This document shows, one piece after another, positions 8,274 to 19,784 of a stretch of 51,414 bases of DNA. The notes beneath the pieces are model-generated. The model was not told the origin of the DNA. It saw only the letters and a list, made by a program, of their open reading frames with translations, and searched no databases. This DNA comes from Chloroflexota bacterium (GTDB lineage Bacteria; Chloroflexota; UBA6077), in NCBI GenBank assembly GCA_027356795.1, contig DAHVXI010000055.1:1-51414 (forward strand), given 5' to 3'. Every line of letters starts with the position of its first letter. Within the stretch, counting starts at the first letter, position 1. The translations under genes and the position numbers were made by a program.

Positions 8274-9257
8274 CTACTTGTTGGCCGACAGGGTCTCCCG
8301 CCACCAGTTGAGGGTGTCCGTGAGGGTGCGTTCCAGGGGTATCTCCGCCTTCCAGCCCGTAAGCGACCGGAACTTGCCGCAGTCGGCGACTATCCGCGGG
8401 ATGTCGGAGGGGCGAAGCCGTTCGGGATCCTGTTCGATCCCCAGGGAGATCCGGCTCTGGGCCAGCAGCAGGTCGAGCAGCCGGCGTATCGATACCGCTC
8501 GCTCGCTCCCCAGGTTGTAGACGTCGCCGGGCACTCCCAGTGTCACCGCCAGGTGGTAGCCCCGGACGATGTCGCGGACGTCGGTGTAGTCCCGCTCGGC
8601 CTCCAGATTGCCCACCTTGAGAACGGCCGGCCTCAGGCCCAGCTCGGCCTCGGCTATCTGGCGCGCGAAGCTGGAGGCCACGAACCGGTCGCTCTGGCCG
8701 GGACCGATGTGGTTGAAGGGTCGGACGCGAACGATGGGTAGGTCGTAGGCCAGCTGGTACTGGTAGCCCAGCAGGTCCTGGCCCACCTTGCTGACGGCGT
8801 AGGGGTTGGCCGGACGGAAGGGGGTGGTCTCCTTGACGGGGAGATCCCCCGGCTCCACCATCCCGTATTCTTCGTTGGAGCCCACGACCATGATGGTAGG
8901 CCGTCCTCCCCAGGCCAGAACTGCCTGGAAGAGGTTCACCTGCCCGACGATGTTGTTGACGAGGGTGCCGGTTGGATCGGCGAAGGCGGTGGGTACGAAG
9001 GCCTGGGCAGCCAGATGAAAGATCCAGGTGGGCTGCACCCTTTCCACGATCTCGCGCATCCGGTCGGTCTCCATCAGGTTGCCGATCAGAACCTCGAGTC
9101 TGGGGCCCAGCTCTGCCTCGACGTCGGCCGTCGGTTCGCCCGGGCGGGCGATGCCGTAGATCTTGGCCGTGGTGGTGGTGGCCAGATACCTGGCCAGGTG
9201 CTTTCCCACGAAGCCGGCCATTCCTGTGATGAGGGCCCTGGGTTCAGTGTGCGTCAC
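8274..9257 (-). CDS. GDP-mannose 4,6-dehydratase / GDP-4-dehydro-6-deoxy-D-mannose reductase (Rmd-like) extended SDR
   Basis: GMAGFVG, HLAAQ, YAVSK, RPFNHIGPGQ and RDYTDVRD motifs. Confidence 0.85.
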   Translation of the reverse strand: MTHTEPRALITGMAGFVGKHLARYLATTTTAKIYGIARPGEPTADVEAELGPRLEVLIGNLMETDRMREIVERVQPTWIFHLAAQAFVPTAFADPTGTLVNNIVGQVNLFQAVLAWGGRPTIMVVGSNEEYGMVEPGDLPVKETTPFRPANPYAVSKVGQDLLGYQYQLAYDLPIVRVRPFNHIGPGQSDRFVASSFARQIAEAELGLRPAVLKVGNLEAERDYTDVRDIVRGYHLAVTLGVPGDVYNLGSERAVSIRRLLDLLLAQSRISLGIEQDPERLRPSDIPRIVADCGKFRSLTGWKAEIPLERTLTDTLNWWRETLSANK

Positions 9258-9286
9258 GCTTCAACCAATCCCCGATGTTGGGTGTC

Positions 9287-9356
9287 GGGAGGGCGAGCCT
9301 CCCGGCGAGCCACGTGTCCACCTCGTAAGGCGGCTCGGCAGGAGCCTCGCCCTCCC
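9287..9356. repeat. Family C palindromic mini-element
   Basis: gggagggcgagcctcccggcgagcc...ggctcggcaggagcctcgccctccc. Confidence 0.85.
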
Positions 9357-9392
9357 GCGGGACGTTCAACCGCCCCCAACCAATGGTAGCTG

Positions 9393-10670
9393 TTACGCCT
9401 CGGTTCCCGCAAGGGTCTTGCCGGCCTTGTGGCCGTTGCCGGACCGGTTCTCCATGGGGCCAAGCCCCGCCTCGGCCCGCAGGGCGGCCGCCTTGTCGGT
9501 GATCTCCCAGGGGGCGTCGATGTCGTTGCGACCGAAGTGGCCGTAGGCCGCGGTGGCCTTGTAGATGGGCCGGCGCAGCTGCAGGTGGTGGATGATGGCG
9601 GCCGGCCTCAGGTCGAAGTGCTTCTTGACCAGCTCCAGGATCTTGGCCGGGGCCACCTTCTCGGTGCCGAAGGTCTCGATCATGATGGACAGCGGCCTCG
9701 CCACGCCGATGGCGTAGGAGATCTGGATCTCGAACCGCTCGGCCAGGCTGGCGGCCACCACGTTCTTGGCCACGTATCGGGCCATGTATGCGCCGGATCG
9801 GTCCACCTTCGTCGGATCCTTGCCGGAGAAGGCGCCGCCACCGTGGCGGGCCATGCCGCCGTAGGTGTCCACGATGATCTTGCGGCCGGTCAGGCCCGCG
9901 TCGCCCATCGGGCCACCTATGACGAAGCGCCCGGTCGGGTTGACGTAATACTTGGTCTTGTCGTCCAGCATGTTGGCCGGGATGATCTGCCTGACGACCT
10001 CCTCCAGGATGTCGGTGCGGATCTTCTCGTAGTCGGTGACCGGGTCGTGCTGGGCGGCGATGACGACGGTGTCGACCCTCTTCGGCTTGCCCTGGGAGTA
10101 CTCCACCGTCACCTGGGACTTGCCGTCGGGCCTCAGGTAGGGGAGCACCTTCTCCTTGCGCACCAGCGACAGCTGCTTGCACAGCTTGTGGGCCAGGGAG
10201 ATGGGCAGCGGCATCAACTCCTCGGTCTCGTTGCAGGCGAAGCCGATCATCATGCCCTGGTCGCCGGCACCGGTGGCCTCGATCGCCCTGTCCCACGCCT
10301 CGCCGGATCTCACTTCCAGCGCCTTGTTCACGCCCTGGGCGATGTCCGGCGACTGCCCCTTGATGGAGACGATCACGCCGCAGGTCTCGGCGTCGAAGCC
10401 GTACTTGGCCCTAGTGTAGCCCACGTCCCTGACGGTGTTCCGAACGATCTCAGGGATGTCCACGTAGCAGTTGGTGGTGATCTCGCCGGCCACCAGAACC
10501 AGGCCGGTGGTAGCAGCGGTCTCGCAGGCGACCCGACCGTTGGGGTCCTGCTCGATGATCGCATCCAGCACGGCATCCGAGATCTGGTCGCACAGCTTAT
10601 CCGGATGCCCTTCGGTGACCGATTCCGAGGTGAAGAAGCTCTGCTCGGCCGACATGAAGGTGTTGCTCAT
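9393..10670 (-). CDS. metK: S-adenosylmethionine synthetase
   Basis: [19 protein letters not shown] and GGGAFSGKD motifs; true start is ATG 10670. Confidence 0.97.
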   Translation of the reverse strand: MSNTFMSAEQSFFTSESVTEGHPDKLCDQISDAVLDAIIEQDPNGRVACETAATTGLVLVAGEITTNCYVDIPEIVRNTVRDVGYTRAKYGFDAETCGVIVSIKGQSPDIAQGVNKALEVRSGEAWDRAIEATGAGDQGMMIGFACNETEELMPLPISLAHKLCKQLSLVRKEKVLPYLRPDGKSQVTVEYSQGKPKRVDTVVIAAQHDPVTDYEKIRTDILEEVVRQIIPANMLDDKTKYYVNPTGRFVIGGPMGDAGLTGRKIIVDTYGGMARHGGGAFSGKDPTKVDRSGAYMARYVAKNVVAASLAERFEIQISYAIGVARPLSIMIETFGTEKVAPAKILELVKKHFDLRPAAIIHHLQLRRPIYKATAAYGHFGRNDIDAPWEITDKAAALRAEAGLGPMENRSGNGHKAGKTLAGTEA

Positions 10671-10690
10671 TCTCTCGCTCCTCTCTCTGC

Positions 10691-10729
10691 AGCCATCAGC
10701 TATCAGCCAGAAGCTGATGGCTGATGGCT
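10691..10729. repeat. Inverted heptamer hairpin (GCCATCA/GCTATCA)
   Basis: agccatcagctatcagc-cagaa-gctgatggctgatggct between ahcY and metK. Confidence 0.8.
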
Positions 10730-10732
10730 CAC

Positions 10733-12022
<1,290 letters not shown>

Positions 12023-12050
12023 TCACTAAGCTGTCGGTTACAACGTTGAG

Positions 12051-13055
12051 CTAGCTGCTCTGGTAACTACTCTGCCGGTGCCGACCTAACCCCCCCGCCC
12101 AGGAGAAAGCCAGCCGCTGGCAGTCGTCGGCGTGCTTGCAGCTGTGCTCGAAGAAGGTGAGCCGCTGGAACTCCTGGTATCTCTCCTCTATCTCCTCCCG
12201 TGTGGCGGAGAGAAGCCGGTTGACGCTGAAGTCCTCCACGGTGAAGGAGGCGATGACGCTGCCGTGAACCATCGCCTTGCGGATGCCGGTGGTGCTGAAG
12301 TCGCCGGTGCTGGCCAGGTAGCCCAGGAAGCCACCGGCGAAGGAGTCGCCTGCCCCCGTGGGGTCTTTCACGCTCTCCAGGGGATAGGCGGGGGCGATGA
12401 AGATCTCCTCGCCCACGTCCTGGGATATCATCAGCGCCCCATACTCACCCTTCTTGATGATGATCGCCTTTGGGCCAAGGGCCAGGATGCTGCGGGCCGC
12501 CGCCAGCAGACTGTAGTTCTGGGCGTACTGGCGCACCTCGGCCTCGTTCAGGAGGACGATGTCCACCCTCTGGATGACCCGGGTCAGATCCTCTTTCTTG
12601 CGCTCGATCCAGTAGTTCATGGAGTCGAGAACGGTCAGCCGGGGCGAGCCGGTCTGGGCCAGGACGTCCATCTGCAGGTTGGGATCGATGTTCCCCAGGA
12701 ACACCAGCTTGCTGGCCCGATAGTCCGCGGGCAGCGCGGGGTGGAAGTCCACCAGCACGTTCAGCTGGGTGTCCAGGGTGTGGGCCGTGTTGAGGTCGAA
12801 ATCGTACTGGCCCGCCCAGCGGAAGGTCCTGCCCGGCAGGGTCTGGAGCCCTGCCACCTCGACGTGGTGGCTCTTGAACAGCTGCCGGTACTTCTCCGGG
12901 AAATCCTGGCCGACCACGGCGACGATCTTGACGTCGGTGTAGTGCCGGGCGGCAAAGGCGAAGTAGGAGGCAGTCCCTCCGAGGGCCTCCTCCACCTTGC
13001 CGAAGGGGGTCTCCACGCTGTCCAGGGCGACGGTGCCCACGACCATCAGACTCAC
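12051..13055 (-). CDS. PfkB-family kinase (possible adenosine/nucleoside kinase)
   Basis: DPTGAGDSFAGG signature; the GTG start overlaps the mtnP stop (GTGA). Confidence 0.88.
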   Translation of the reverse strand: MSLMVVGTVALDSVETPFGKVEEALGGTASYFAFAARHYTDVKIVAVVGQDFPEKYRQLFKSHHVEVAGLQTLPGRTFRWAGQYDFDLNTAHTLDTQLNVLVDFHPALPADYRASKLVFLGNIDPNLQMDVLAQTGSPRLTVLDSMNYWIERKKEDLTRVIQRVDIVLLNEAEVRQYAQNYSLLAAARSILALGPKAIIIKKGEYGALMISQDVGEEIFIAPAYPLESVKDPTGAGDSFAGGFLGYLASTGDFSTTGIRKAMVHGSVIASFTVEDFSVNRLLSATREEIEERYQEFQRLTFFEHSCKHADDCQRLAFSWAGGLGRHRQSSYQSS

Positions 13056-13858
13056 GATATCACCGCCGATTGAAGCGCCGACCCGCAACCGCAATGCTGC
13101 CGTTCCGTCGGGATAGCCGGGATCAGCTTGAAGATCATGTCCCTGACCCGCCGGTTGTTGTCGCCGAAAACCCTCATCACCTCCTCGGCGGTCACCGGCT
13201 CGATCCCGGTTCCCTCCAGGCCGACGTCGTAGTCGGTGATCAAGGAGATGTTGACGTAGCAGATCTCCAACTCCCGAGCCAGAGCCACCTCCGGGTACTG
13301 GGTCATATTGATGATCTCCCACCCCATGCCGCTGAACCACTTGCTCTCGGCGCGGGTGCTGAAGCGAGGACCCTGGATCACCACGGCCGTCCCAGCGGGA
13401 TGGACGGTGATGCCCAGCCGCTGGCCGGCCTCGATGGTCAGCTCCCGCAGCTCCGAACAGTAGGGGTCGGCGGTGCTGATGTGGATGGAGACCGGGCCGT
13501 CGTAGAAGGTATCCTTACGACCGGTGGTTCGGTCGACGAACTGGTCGCAGATGACGAAGTCGCCGGGCTTGATGTGGCGCTGCAGGCTGCCCACGGCGCT
13601 GGGGGCGATGATGCGGGTGACCCCCAACGACTTCATGGCCCACAGGTTGGCCCGGTAGTTGATGGCGTGGGCCGGGTGCCTGTGGCCGTGCCCATGTCGG
13701 GGCAAAAAGGCCACCTTGCGGCCGCCGACCTCCCCCAGGGCGATCCTATCGCTGGGGGCGCCGTAGGGGGTGTTGATGGCCCTCTCCTCGACGTTCTCCA
13801 GCAGTTGGTAGAAGCCAGACCCTCCGAAGACGCCGATCTCTGCCACGGGTTGGTCCAT
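13052..13858 (-). CDS. mtnP: S-methyl-5'-thioadenosine phosphorylase
   Basis: IGVFGGSG, LPRHG, NYRANLWA, GPRFSTRAES, NMT..PE and TDYD motifs. Confidence 0.92.
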   Translation of the reverse strand: MDQPVAEIGVFGGSGFYQLLENVEERAINTPYGAPSDRIALGEVGGRKVAFLPRHGHGHRHPAHAINYRANLWAMKSLGVTRIIAPSAVGSLQRHIKPGDFVICDQFVDRTTGRKDTFYDGPVSIHISTADPYCSELRELTIEAGQRLGITVHPAGTAVVIQGPRFSTRAESKWFSGMGWEIINMTQYPEVALARELEICYVNISLITDYDVGLEGTGIEPVTAEEVMRVFGDNNRRVRDMIFKLIPAIPTERQHCGCGSALQSAVIS

Positions 13859-13877
13859 GCTGTTGTCCTCCGTGCTA

Positions 13878-14927
<1,050 letters not shown>

Positions 14928-15001
14928 CGGTGCGGGATACCTCGCTAGGTAGCCACCGGTTGGGCGAGAGGATGGAATCGGAGGGGTTCGTCCTGCGGAC
15001 A

Positions 15002-15032
15002 CAAAAAGGCTTCTCCATAGGAGAGAAGCCTT
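15002..15032 (-). terminator. Riboswitch expression-platform terminator
   Basis: AAGGCTTCTC-TCCTATG-GAGAAGCCTT-TTTGT. Confidence 0.85.
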
Positions 15033-15042
15033 GCATTACTCC

Positions 15043-15188
15043 CTCTCATCTTTCAGGACGGTGCCGTCCTGTCGGACTTGGCACCATGCCCACGCCGCCG
15101 CTGGATCGGTAACGGTCCAGCCCGTTCCCGCGGCAGGGCTGGTTGCCGGGCTTCATCGGGCCAGTCCCTCCACCACTCGCGATAAGAG
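15043..15188 (-). ncRNA. SAM-I (S-box) riboswitch
   Basis: CTCTTATC GCGAGTGGTGGAGGGACTGGCCCGATGAAGCCCGGCAACC...GGTGCCAAGTCC...GAAAGATGAGAG matches the SAM-I core and lies upstream of a SAM-cycle operon. Confidence 0.96.
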
Positions 15189-15269
15189 TGACCACCTATT
15201 CGATTTTCGCAGAAAAGTATATCAGATCCCTCCAGGGCTGCCAAGGCTGATGTTGATCCTTGCCTGGGG

Positions 15270-15782
15270 CTAGTACTGGACCTGGGCGTGGACTTCGTGG
15301 CCCCTCAGCTTGTCCCGCCCGTGGAGGAAGGTGAGCTCGATCAGGAACTCGACGCCGGCCACCACACCTCCCAGCATGTCCACCAGCTTGACGGTGGCAG
15401 CGGTGGTGCCGCCGGTGGCCAGCAGGTCGTCCACCACCAGCACCCGCTGTCCGGGCTGGATGGCGTCCTTGTGGATCTCCAGGGTGTTGGTGCCGTACTC
15501 CAGGGCGTACTCGCACTTCACGGTCTCCGCCGGCAGCTTGCCCAGCTTCCTCACAGGCACCAGACCGGCGCCCAGCAGGTAGGCCAGGGGAGCGGCGAAG
15601 ATGAAACCTCGAGATTCCATTCCCACTACGACGTCGATCTTGGCACCGCGATATCTCTGGGCCATGAGGTCGATGGACTGGTGGTAGGCATCCGGGTCTT
15701 TCAGCAGGGTCGTGATGTCCTTGAAGAGAACGCCCTTGATGGGGAAATCAGGAACGTCCCGGATCTTCTCCGCGAGCTTCAT
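15270..15782 (-). CDS. apt: Adenine phosphoribosyltransferase
   Basis: PDFP..GVLFKDIT, ESRGF, RKLGKLP, YALEYG and VDDLLATGGT motifs. Confidence 0.96.
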   Translation of the reverse strand: MKLAEKIRDVPDFPIKGVLFKDITTLLKDPDAYHQSIDLMAQRYRGAKIDVVVGMESRGFIFAAPLAYLLGAGLVPVRKLGKLPAETVKCEYALEYGTNTLEIHKDAIQPGQRVLVVDDLLATGGTTAATVKLVDMLGGVVAGVEFLIELTFLHGRDKLRGHEVHAQVQY

Positions 15783-15946
15783 ACCGTTTCCTCTCCTCCT
15801 TGAGCCTTCCTCGGCACAGGCCGGCGGGGATTCTACCACATGCGGCGCGGAATCCAACTACTTGTTTCTGCCACTTAGGGCTGCGTCTCGCCGGGGCCGC
15901 TCCGGCGGGCCACCGCCCGGCTGAAATCGCCGGCAGGAGCCGGCTC

Positions 15947-18900
15947 CTACAGGGTTCGGCTTCCCGCTGTTGTCGCTTGCTCCCGCGCACCATGCACAGC
16001 CTGGGCCTCTTGCCGCAGCTCCTCCAGCAGATCCTGAAGCAGCGGCATCCAGCCGTCGCCCCGACCGCGCTGAAGCCGGATCTGGTTGGGGAGGACCCTC
16101 AGCCGAGAGCCGTGATGGCGCTGCAGCCTTCCCCGCACCGTGAGGGGTATCCCCTCCAGCTTCACCAGGATCTCTCCCTCCAGGGTGGAGATGGACTTGA
16201 TCCCGATGCGGGACGCCAGCAGCTTGACGTTCAACAGGTAGAAGAGGTTCTGGGCTTCCACGGGCAGCGGGCCGAAGCGATCCTGCACCTCCTCCAGCAG
16301 CCCGCCCAGCTCCTCCTCCTTCGCCAGGGCTGCCAGCCGCTGGTAGAGGCTGAGCCTCGCGGCATCGTCCACCACGTACTCCTCCGGCAGGTGGGCCGGC
16401 AGCGGCAGATCGACGCTCACCTGCGGCTCCACCGGCGCGGACTGCTTGCCCTGGAGCTCGGCCACAGCCTCGGCCAGCAGCCGGGTGTACAGGTCGAACC
16501 CCACGGCGTTGACCTGTCCGTGCTGCTCCACCCCCAGCAGGTTGCCGGCACCTCGGATCTCCAGGTCCTTCATGGCGATCCGGAAGCCGGATCCGAGCTC
16601 GGTGTTCTCGAAGATGGTCTTCAGCCGCTTTTCGGCCGTTTCGGTCAGCTGCTTGCTCCGGTTGTACAAGAAGTAGCCGTAGGCGCGGTTGGCCCCTCGC
16701 CCCACACGGCCTCGCAGCTGATACAGCTGGGCTAGGCCGAAGCGGTCCGCCTGGTTCACCACTATGGTGTTCACGTTGGGGATGTCCAGACCCGACTCGA
16801 TGATGGTGGTGCACACCAGGACGTCGTGCTGTCCCTCGGCGAACTCCATCATCACCCTCTCCAGCTGCTCCTCCGGCATCTGGCCGTGGCCCACCACGAT
16901 GCGTGCCTCGGGCACCAGCCTCTGGATGTGACTCGCCACGAAGTGGATGTTGTGCACCCGGTTGTGCACGAGGTAAACCTGTCCGCCCCGGTCCATCTCC
17001 CGCAGGATTGCCTCCCGCACCAGGCTGTCGCTGTGCTCCGCCACGAAGGTGCGGATCGGTAGCCGGTCCTCGGGCGGCGTCTCCATGGTGCTCATGTCCC
17101 GGATCCCGGACAGCGCCATGTGGAGGGTCCGGGGGATAGGGGTGGCGCTCAGAGTCAGCACGTCCACTCGCTGGCGCAGCTGCTTCAGCCGCTCCTTGTG
17201 CATCACCCCGAAGCGCTGCTCCTCGTCCACGATCACCAGCCCCAGCTCTTTGAACTGGACGTCCTTCTGGATCAGCCGGTGGGTGCCGATGCATATGTCG
17301 ACGGCGCCCGCCCGCAGCCCCTCCACCACCTGCCTCTGCTCCCTATCGGAGCGGAAGCGGGAGAGCACCTCCACGTTGACCGGGAAGGGTCCCAGCCGCT
17401 CCCGGAAGGTGTTGTGGTGCTGCTGGGCCAGTACCGTGGTCGGCACGAGCACCGCCACCTGCTTGCCGTCCATCACCGCCTTGAAAGCAGCCCGCAGCGC
17501 CACCTCCGTCTTTCCGTAGCCGACGTCGCCGCAGATCAGCCGGTCCATGGGTCGGGCCGTCTCCATGTCGGCCTTCACCTCCTGGATCGCCTGAAGCTGG
17601 TCCGGCGTCTCCAGGTAGGGGAAGGAGGACTCCAGCTCCCCCTGCCAGGGCGAGTCCGGCGGGAAGGCGTAGCCCGACTGGGACTGGCGGGCCGAGTAGA
17701 TCGCCAGCAGCTCCTTGGCCACGTTCCGCACGGAGTTCCTGACCCGCTCCTTGGCCCGAGTCCAGTCGGAGGTGCCCAGCCTGCTGAGGGCCGGCCTCTC
17801 CTCGCCGGCCCCAACGTAGCGGGAGACCCGGTCCACCTGGTCGACGGGGACGTACAGCTTGTCGGCCTCAGCGTACTCCAGCAGCAGGTACTCCCGTTCG
17901 CCCGCCTCGGTGGACATCTTCTGGAGGCCCAGGAAGCGGCCGATGCCGTGCTCCACGTGGACGGCCATCTCCCCCTCCACCAGGTCGCTCAAGAAGGCTT
18001 CCCGCGGGGCGGCACGGCGGCGCACCACACGGTGGACCTTGGTCCAGCCGAAGATCTCGGCGTCCCCCAGCACCACGACCCCCAGCGCCTCGCTGGACCA
18101 GCCGTGGCGCAGGGAACCCTGGACCAGGTGGAGACCCGGCGCCGGTGTCTCCGAGATCGCCTGCTCCGGCACGATGGAGCGGTCCTTCTCCTCGGCCAGC
18201 AGGTCGGCCAGCCTCTCGCTCTGCTGGCTGACCAAGACAACCAGGTGCTGCGTGCTGCGTGCTGAGTGCTGGGTGCTGAGTGCTGGGTGCTGAGCAGCGG
18301 ACTTCTCACCCCACCCCTCTCCCCTCCCCGCTGCGGGGAGGGGCCGGGGGAGAGGTCTGCTCCCCGTCTCCCCGTCTCCCCGCCTCCCGCTCACCCCGTC
18401 GGCGAGGGCCAGAGCCTCGTCCAGGACGAGCGGCAGCCTGCCGCCGTAGCTGGGCGGCGCGGTGAAGGGGAGCTCCAGGGCCTCCGGGTCGTAACGCATC
18501 TCCATCAGAGGCCAACCGCCGGCCTGGGCGGAGGCGTAGAGGCTCCCCCACTCGTGGAGCGCCGGCGGCAAGCCGCTCGGGATCTCTGCCCGCTCCACGG
18601 CCTGCCACTGCAGGTGGGTTGCCTGCTCCAGCAGATCGTCCCCCACGGCCGCGATCTGGGCGGGATCGTCCAGCACGAGCAGCCCCCCTTCGGGCAGGTA
18701 GTCGAGGAGGGTGCTGTGGCCCAGGAACCCCCGGTAGAAGCCCAGGGAGGCGCAGGCCTGCCCCTCCACCAGCAGGTCCAGCTCCCTGGCGAGGGTCTCC
18801 TGCGAGGCGGGCGAGCAGGCGGACAGATCCAGCGCCCGCAGCCGCGATCGGGTCTCCTCGTCGGCGGGAGGGAGCACCTCGTGGGGTGGGGTGATCTCCA

Positions 18901-19708
18901 CCTCCTCCAGGCGATCCACCGAGCGCTGGGTGGCCGGATCGAAGGCGCGAATCGACTCGATCTCGTCTCCGAACAGCTCGATGCGGAAGGGAGTGGGGCT
19001 GCCCGGCGGGTATACGTCCAGGATGCCGCCCCGGCGGCTGAAGCTGCCCGGCGTCTCCACGACGCTCGCCGGTTCGTAGCCCATCTCCACCCACCGCTTC
19101 AGGGTAGCCTGGAGCGGGAGCCGCCGCCCGGCCCGCAGCCTTTGCACCGCCCGGCTCAGCTCCTCGGGGGACATCACCCGCTCCATCATCGCCCGCCCGC
19201 CGGCGACCACCACCAGGCCGGTGCTGGGTTCCAGCTCCCTCTCCCCCTGGGAGAGGGTCGGGGTGAGGGCTCGTGCGAACTGCCGAGTGCTGGGTGCTGA
19301 GTGCTGGGTGCCGGCGGCTGGTGGCTTATGGCCGATAGCTGACGGCTGATAGCTGATAGCTGATAGCTCGCGCATGGCGAACAGTCGTGCCGCCGTGGCG
19401 GTTGGGTCGGCGGGCATGCGCTCGTAGGGCAGGGAATCGGGCTCGGGGAACAGCAGCACCCGATCGGGATCGGCCGACCAGAGGGCGATCTGCTCCTGCA
19501 GCTCCCGGGCTCGGCCCGGCCGGGCCGTCACCACCAGGATGGGCACGCCCAGCCGCCGCTGGAGGGCGGCCAGCAGGTAGGGCTTGGCGCCCTCGGCTAC
19601 GGCCAGGGCAGCAGGATCCCTCCGGCCCAGCCGCTCCAACAGGGATGCAAGGCCGGGCCATCGGTCTATCAGGTCGAGCAGACCGTGCAGACGAAGTGTA
19701 GTTTCCAT
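15947..19708 (-). CDS. mfd: Transcription-repair coupling factor carrying two in-frame repeat insertions
   Basis: UvrB-homology region RGGILDVYP, RID HVEHGIG, GDVGYGKTE, DEEQRFG, ATPIPRT, QLRGRVGR and TRG motif DLEIRGAG. Confidence 0.96.
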   Translation of the reverse strand: METTLRLHGLLDLIDRWPGLASLLERLGRRDPAALAVAEGAKPYLLAALQRRLGVPILVVTARPGRARELQEQIALWSADPDRVLLFPEPDSLPYERMPADPTATAARLFAMRELSAISYQPSAIGHKPPAAGTQHSAPSTRQFARALTPTLSQGERELEPSTGLVVVAGGRAMMERVMSPEELSRAVQRLRAGRRLPLQATLKRWVEMGYEPASVVETPGSFSRRGGILDVYPPGSPTPFRIELFGDEIESIRAFDPATQRSVDRLEEVEITPPHEVLPPADEETRSRLRALDLSACSPASQETLARELDLLVEGQACASLGFYRGFLGHSTLLDYLPEGGLLVLDDPAQIAAVGDDLLEQATHLQWQAVERAEIPSGLPPALHEWGSLYASAQAGGWPLMEMRYDPEALELPFTAPPSYGGRLPLVLDEALALADGVSGRRGDGETGSRPLPRPLPAAGRGEGWGEKSAAQHPALSTQHSARSTQHLVVLVSQQSERLADLLAEEKDRSIVPEQAISETPAPGLHLVQGSLRHGWSSEALGVVVLGDAEIFGWTKVHRVVRRRAAPREAFLSDLVEGEMAVHVEHGIGRFLGLQKMSTEAGEREYLLLEYAEADKLYVPVDQVDRVSRYVGAGEERPALSRLGTSDWTRAKERVRNSVRNVAKELLAIYSARQSQSGYAFPPDSPWQGELESSFPYLETPDQLQAIQEVKADMETARPMDRLICGDVGYGKTEVALRAAFKAVMDGKQVAVLVPTTVLAQQHHNTFRERLGPFPVNVEVLSRFRSDREQRQVVEGLRAGAVDICIGTHRLIQKDVQFKELGLVIVDEEQRFGVMHKERLKQLRQRVDVLTLSATPIPRTLHMALSGIRDMSTMETPPEDRLPIRTFVAEHSDSLVREAILREMDRGGQVYLVHNRVHNIHFVASHIQRLVPEARIVVGHGQMPEEQLERVMMEFAEGQHDVLVCTTIIESGLDIPNVNTIVVNQADRFGLAQLYQLRGRVGRGANRAYGYFLYNRSKQLTETAEKRLKTIFENTELGSGFRIAMKDLEIRGAGNLLGVEQHGQVNAVGFDLYTRLLAEAVAELQGKQSAPVEPQVSVDLPLPAHLPEEYVVDDAARLSLYQRLAALAKEEELGGLLEEVQDRFGPLPVEAQNLFYLLNVKLLASRIGIKSISTLEGEILVKLEGIPLTVRGRLQRHHGSRLRVLPNQIRLQRGRGDGWMPLLQDLLEELRQEAQAVHGAREQATTAGSRTL
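18244..18400. repeat. Composite in-frame insert in mfd: GTGCTGA heptamers, family B-like palindrome and CTCCCCGT octamers
   Basis: Encodes GVSGRRGDGETGSRPLPRPLPAAGRGEGWGEKSAAQHPALSTQHSARSTQH. Confidence 0.85.
19235..19368. repeat. Composite in-frame insert in mfd: family B palindrome and GCTGATA/GTGCTGA heptamers
   Basis: Encodes ELSAISYQPSAIGHKPPAAGTQHSAPSTRQFARALTPTLSQGERE. Bases 19235-19270 match intergenic 22906-22941 at 35/36 nt. Confidence 0.88.
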
Positions 19709-19710
19709 CG

Positions 19711-19780
19711 ATCAGCTATCAGTTCTCAGCAGTCAGCAGTCAGCCACCGTGTTGAGGCTGACGGCTGACTGCTGACTGCT
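19711..19780. repeat. Inverted heptamer hairpin filling the pth-mfd spacer
   Basis: tcagctatcagttctcagcagtcagcagtcagcc...ggctgacggctgactgctgactgct. Confidence 0.8.
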
Positions 19781-19784
19781 CCCC

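Noticed and set aside
18244-19368. Inteins or introns in mfd and narG
   Set aside because: The inserts lack Cys/Ser...His-Asn splice residues and group I/II intron features, and are far too short; they are repeat-derived.
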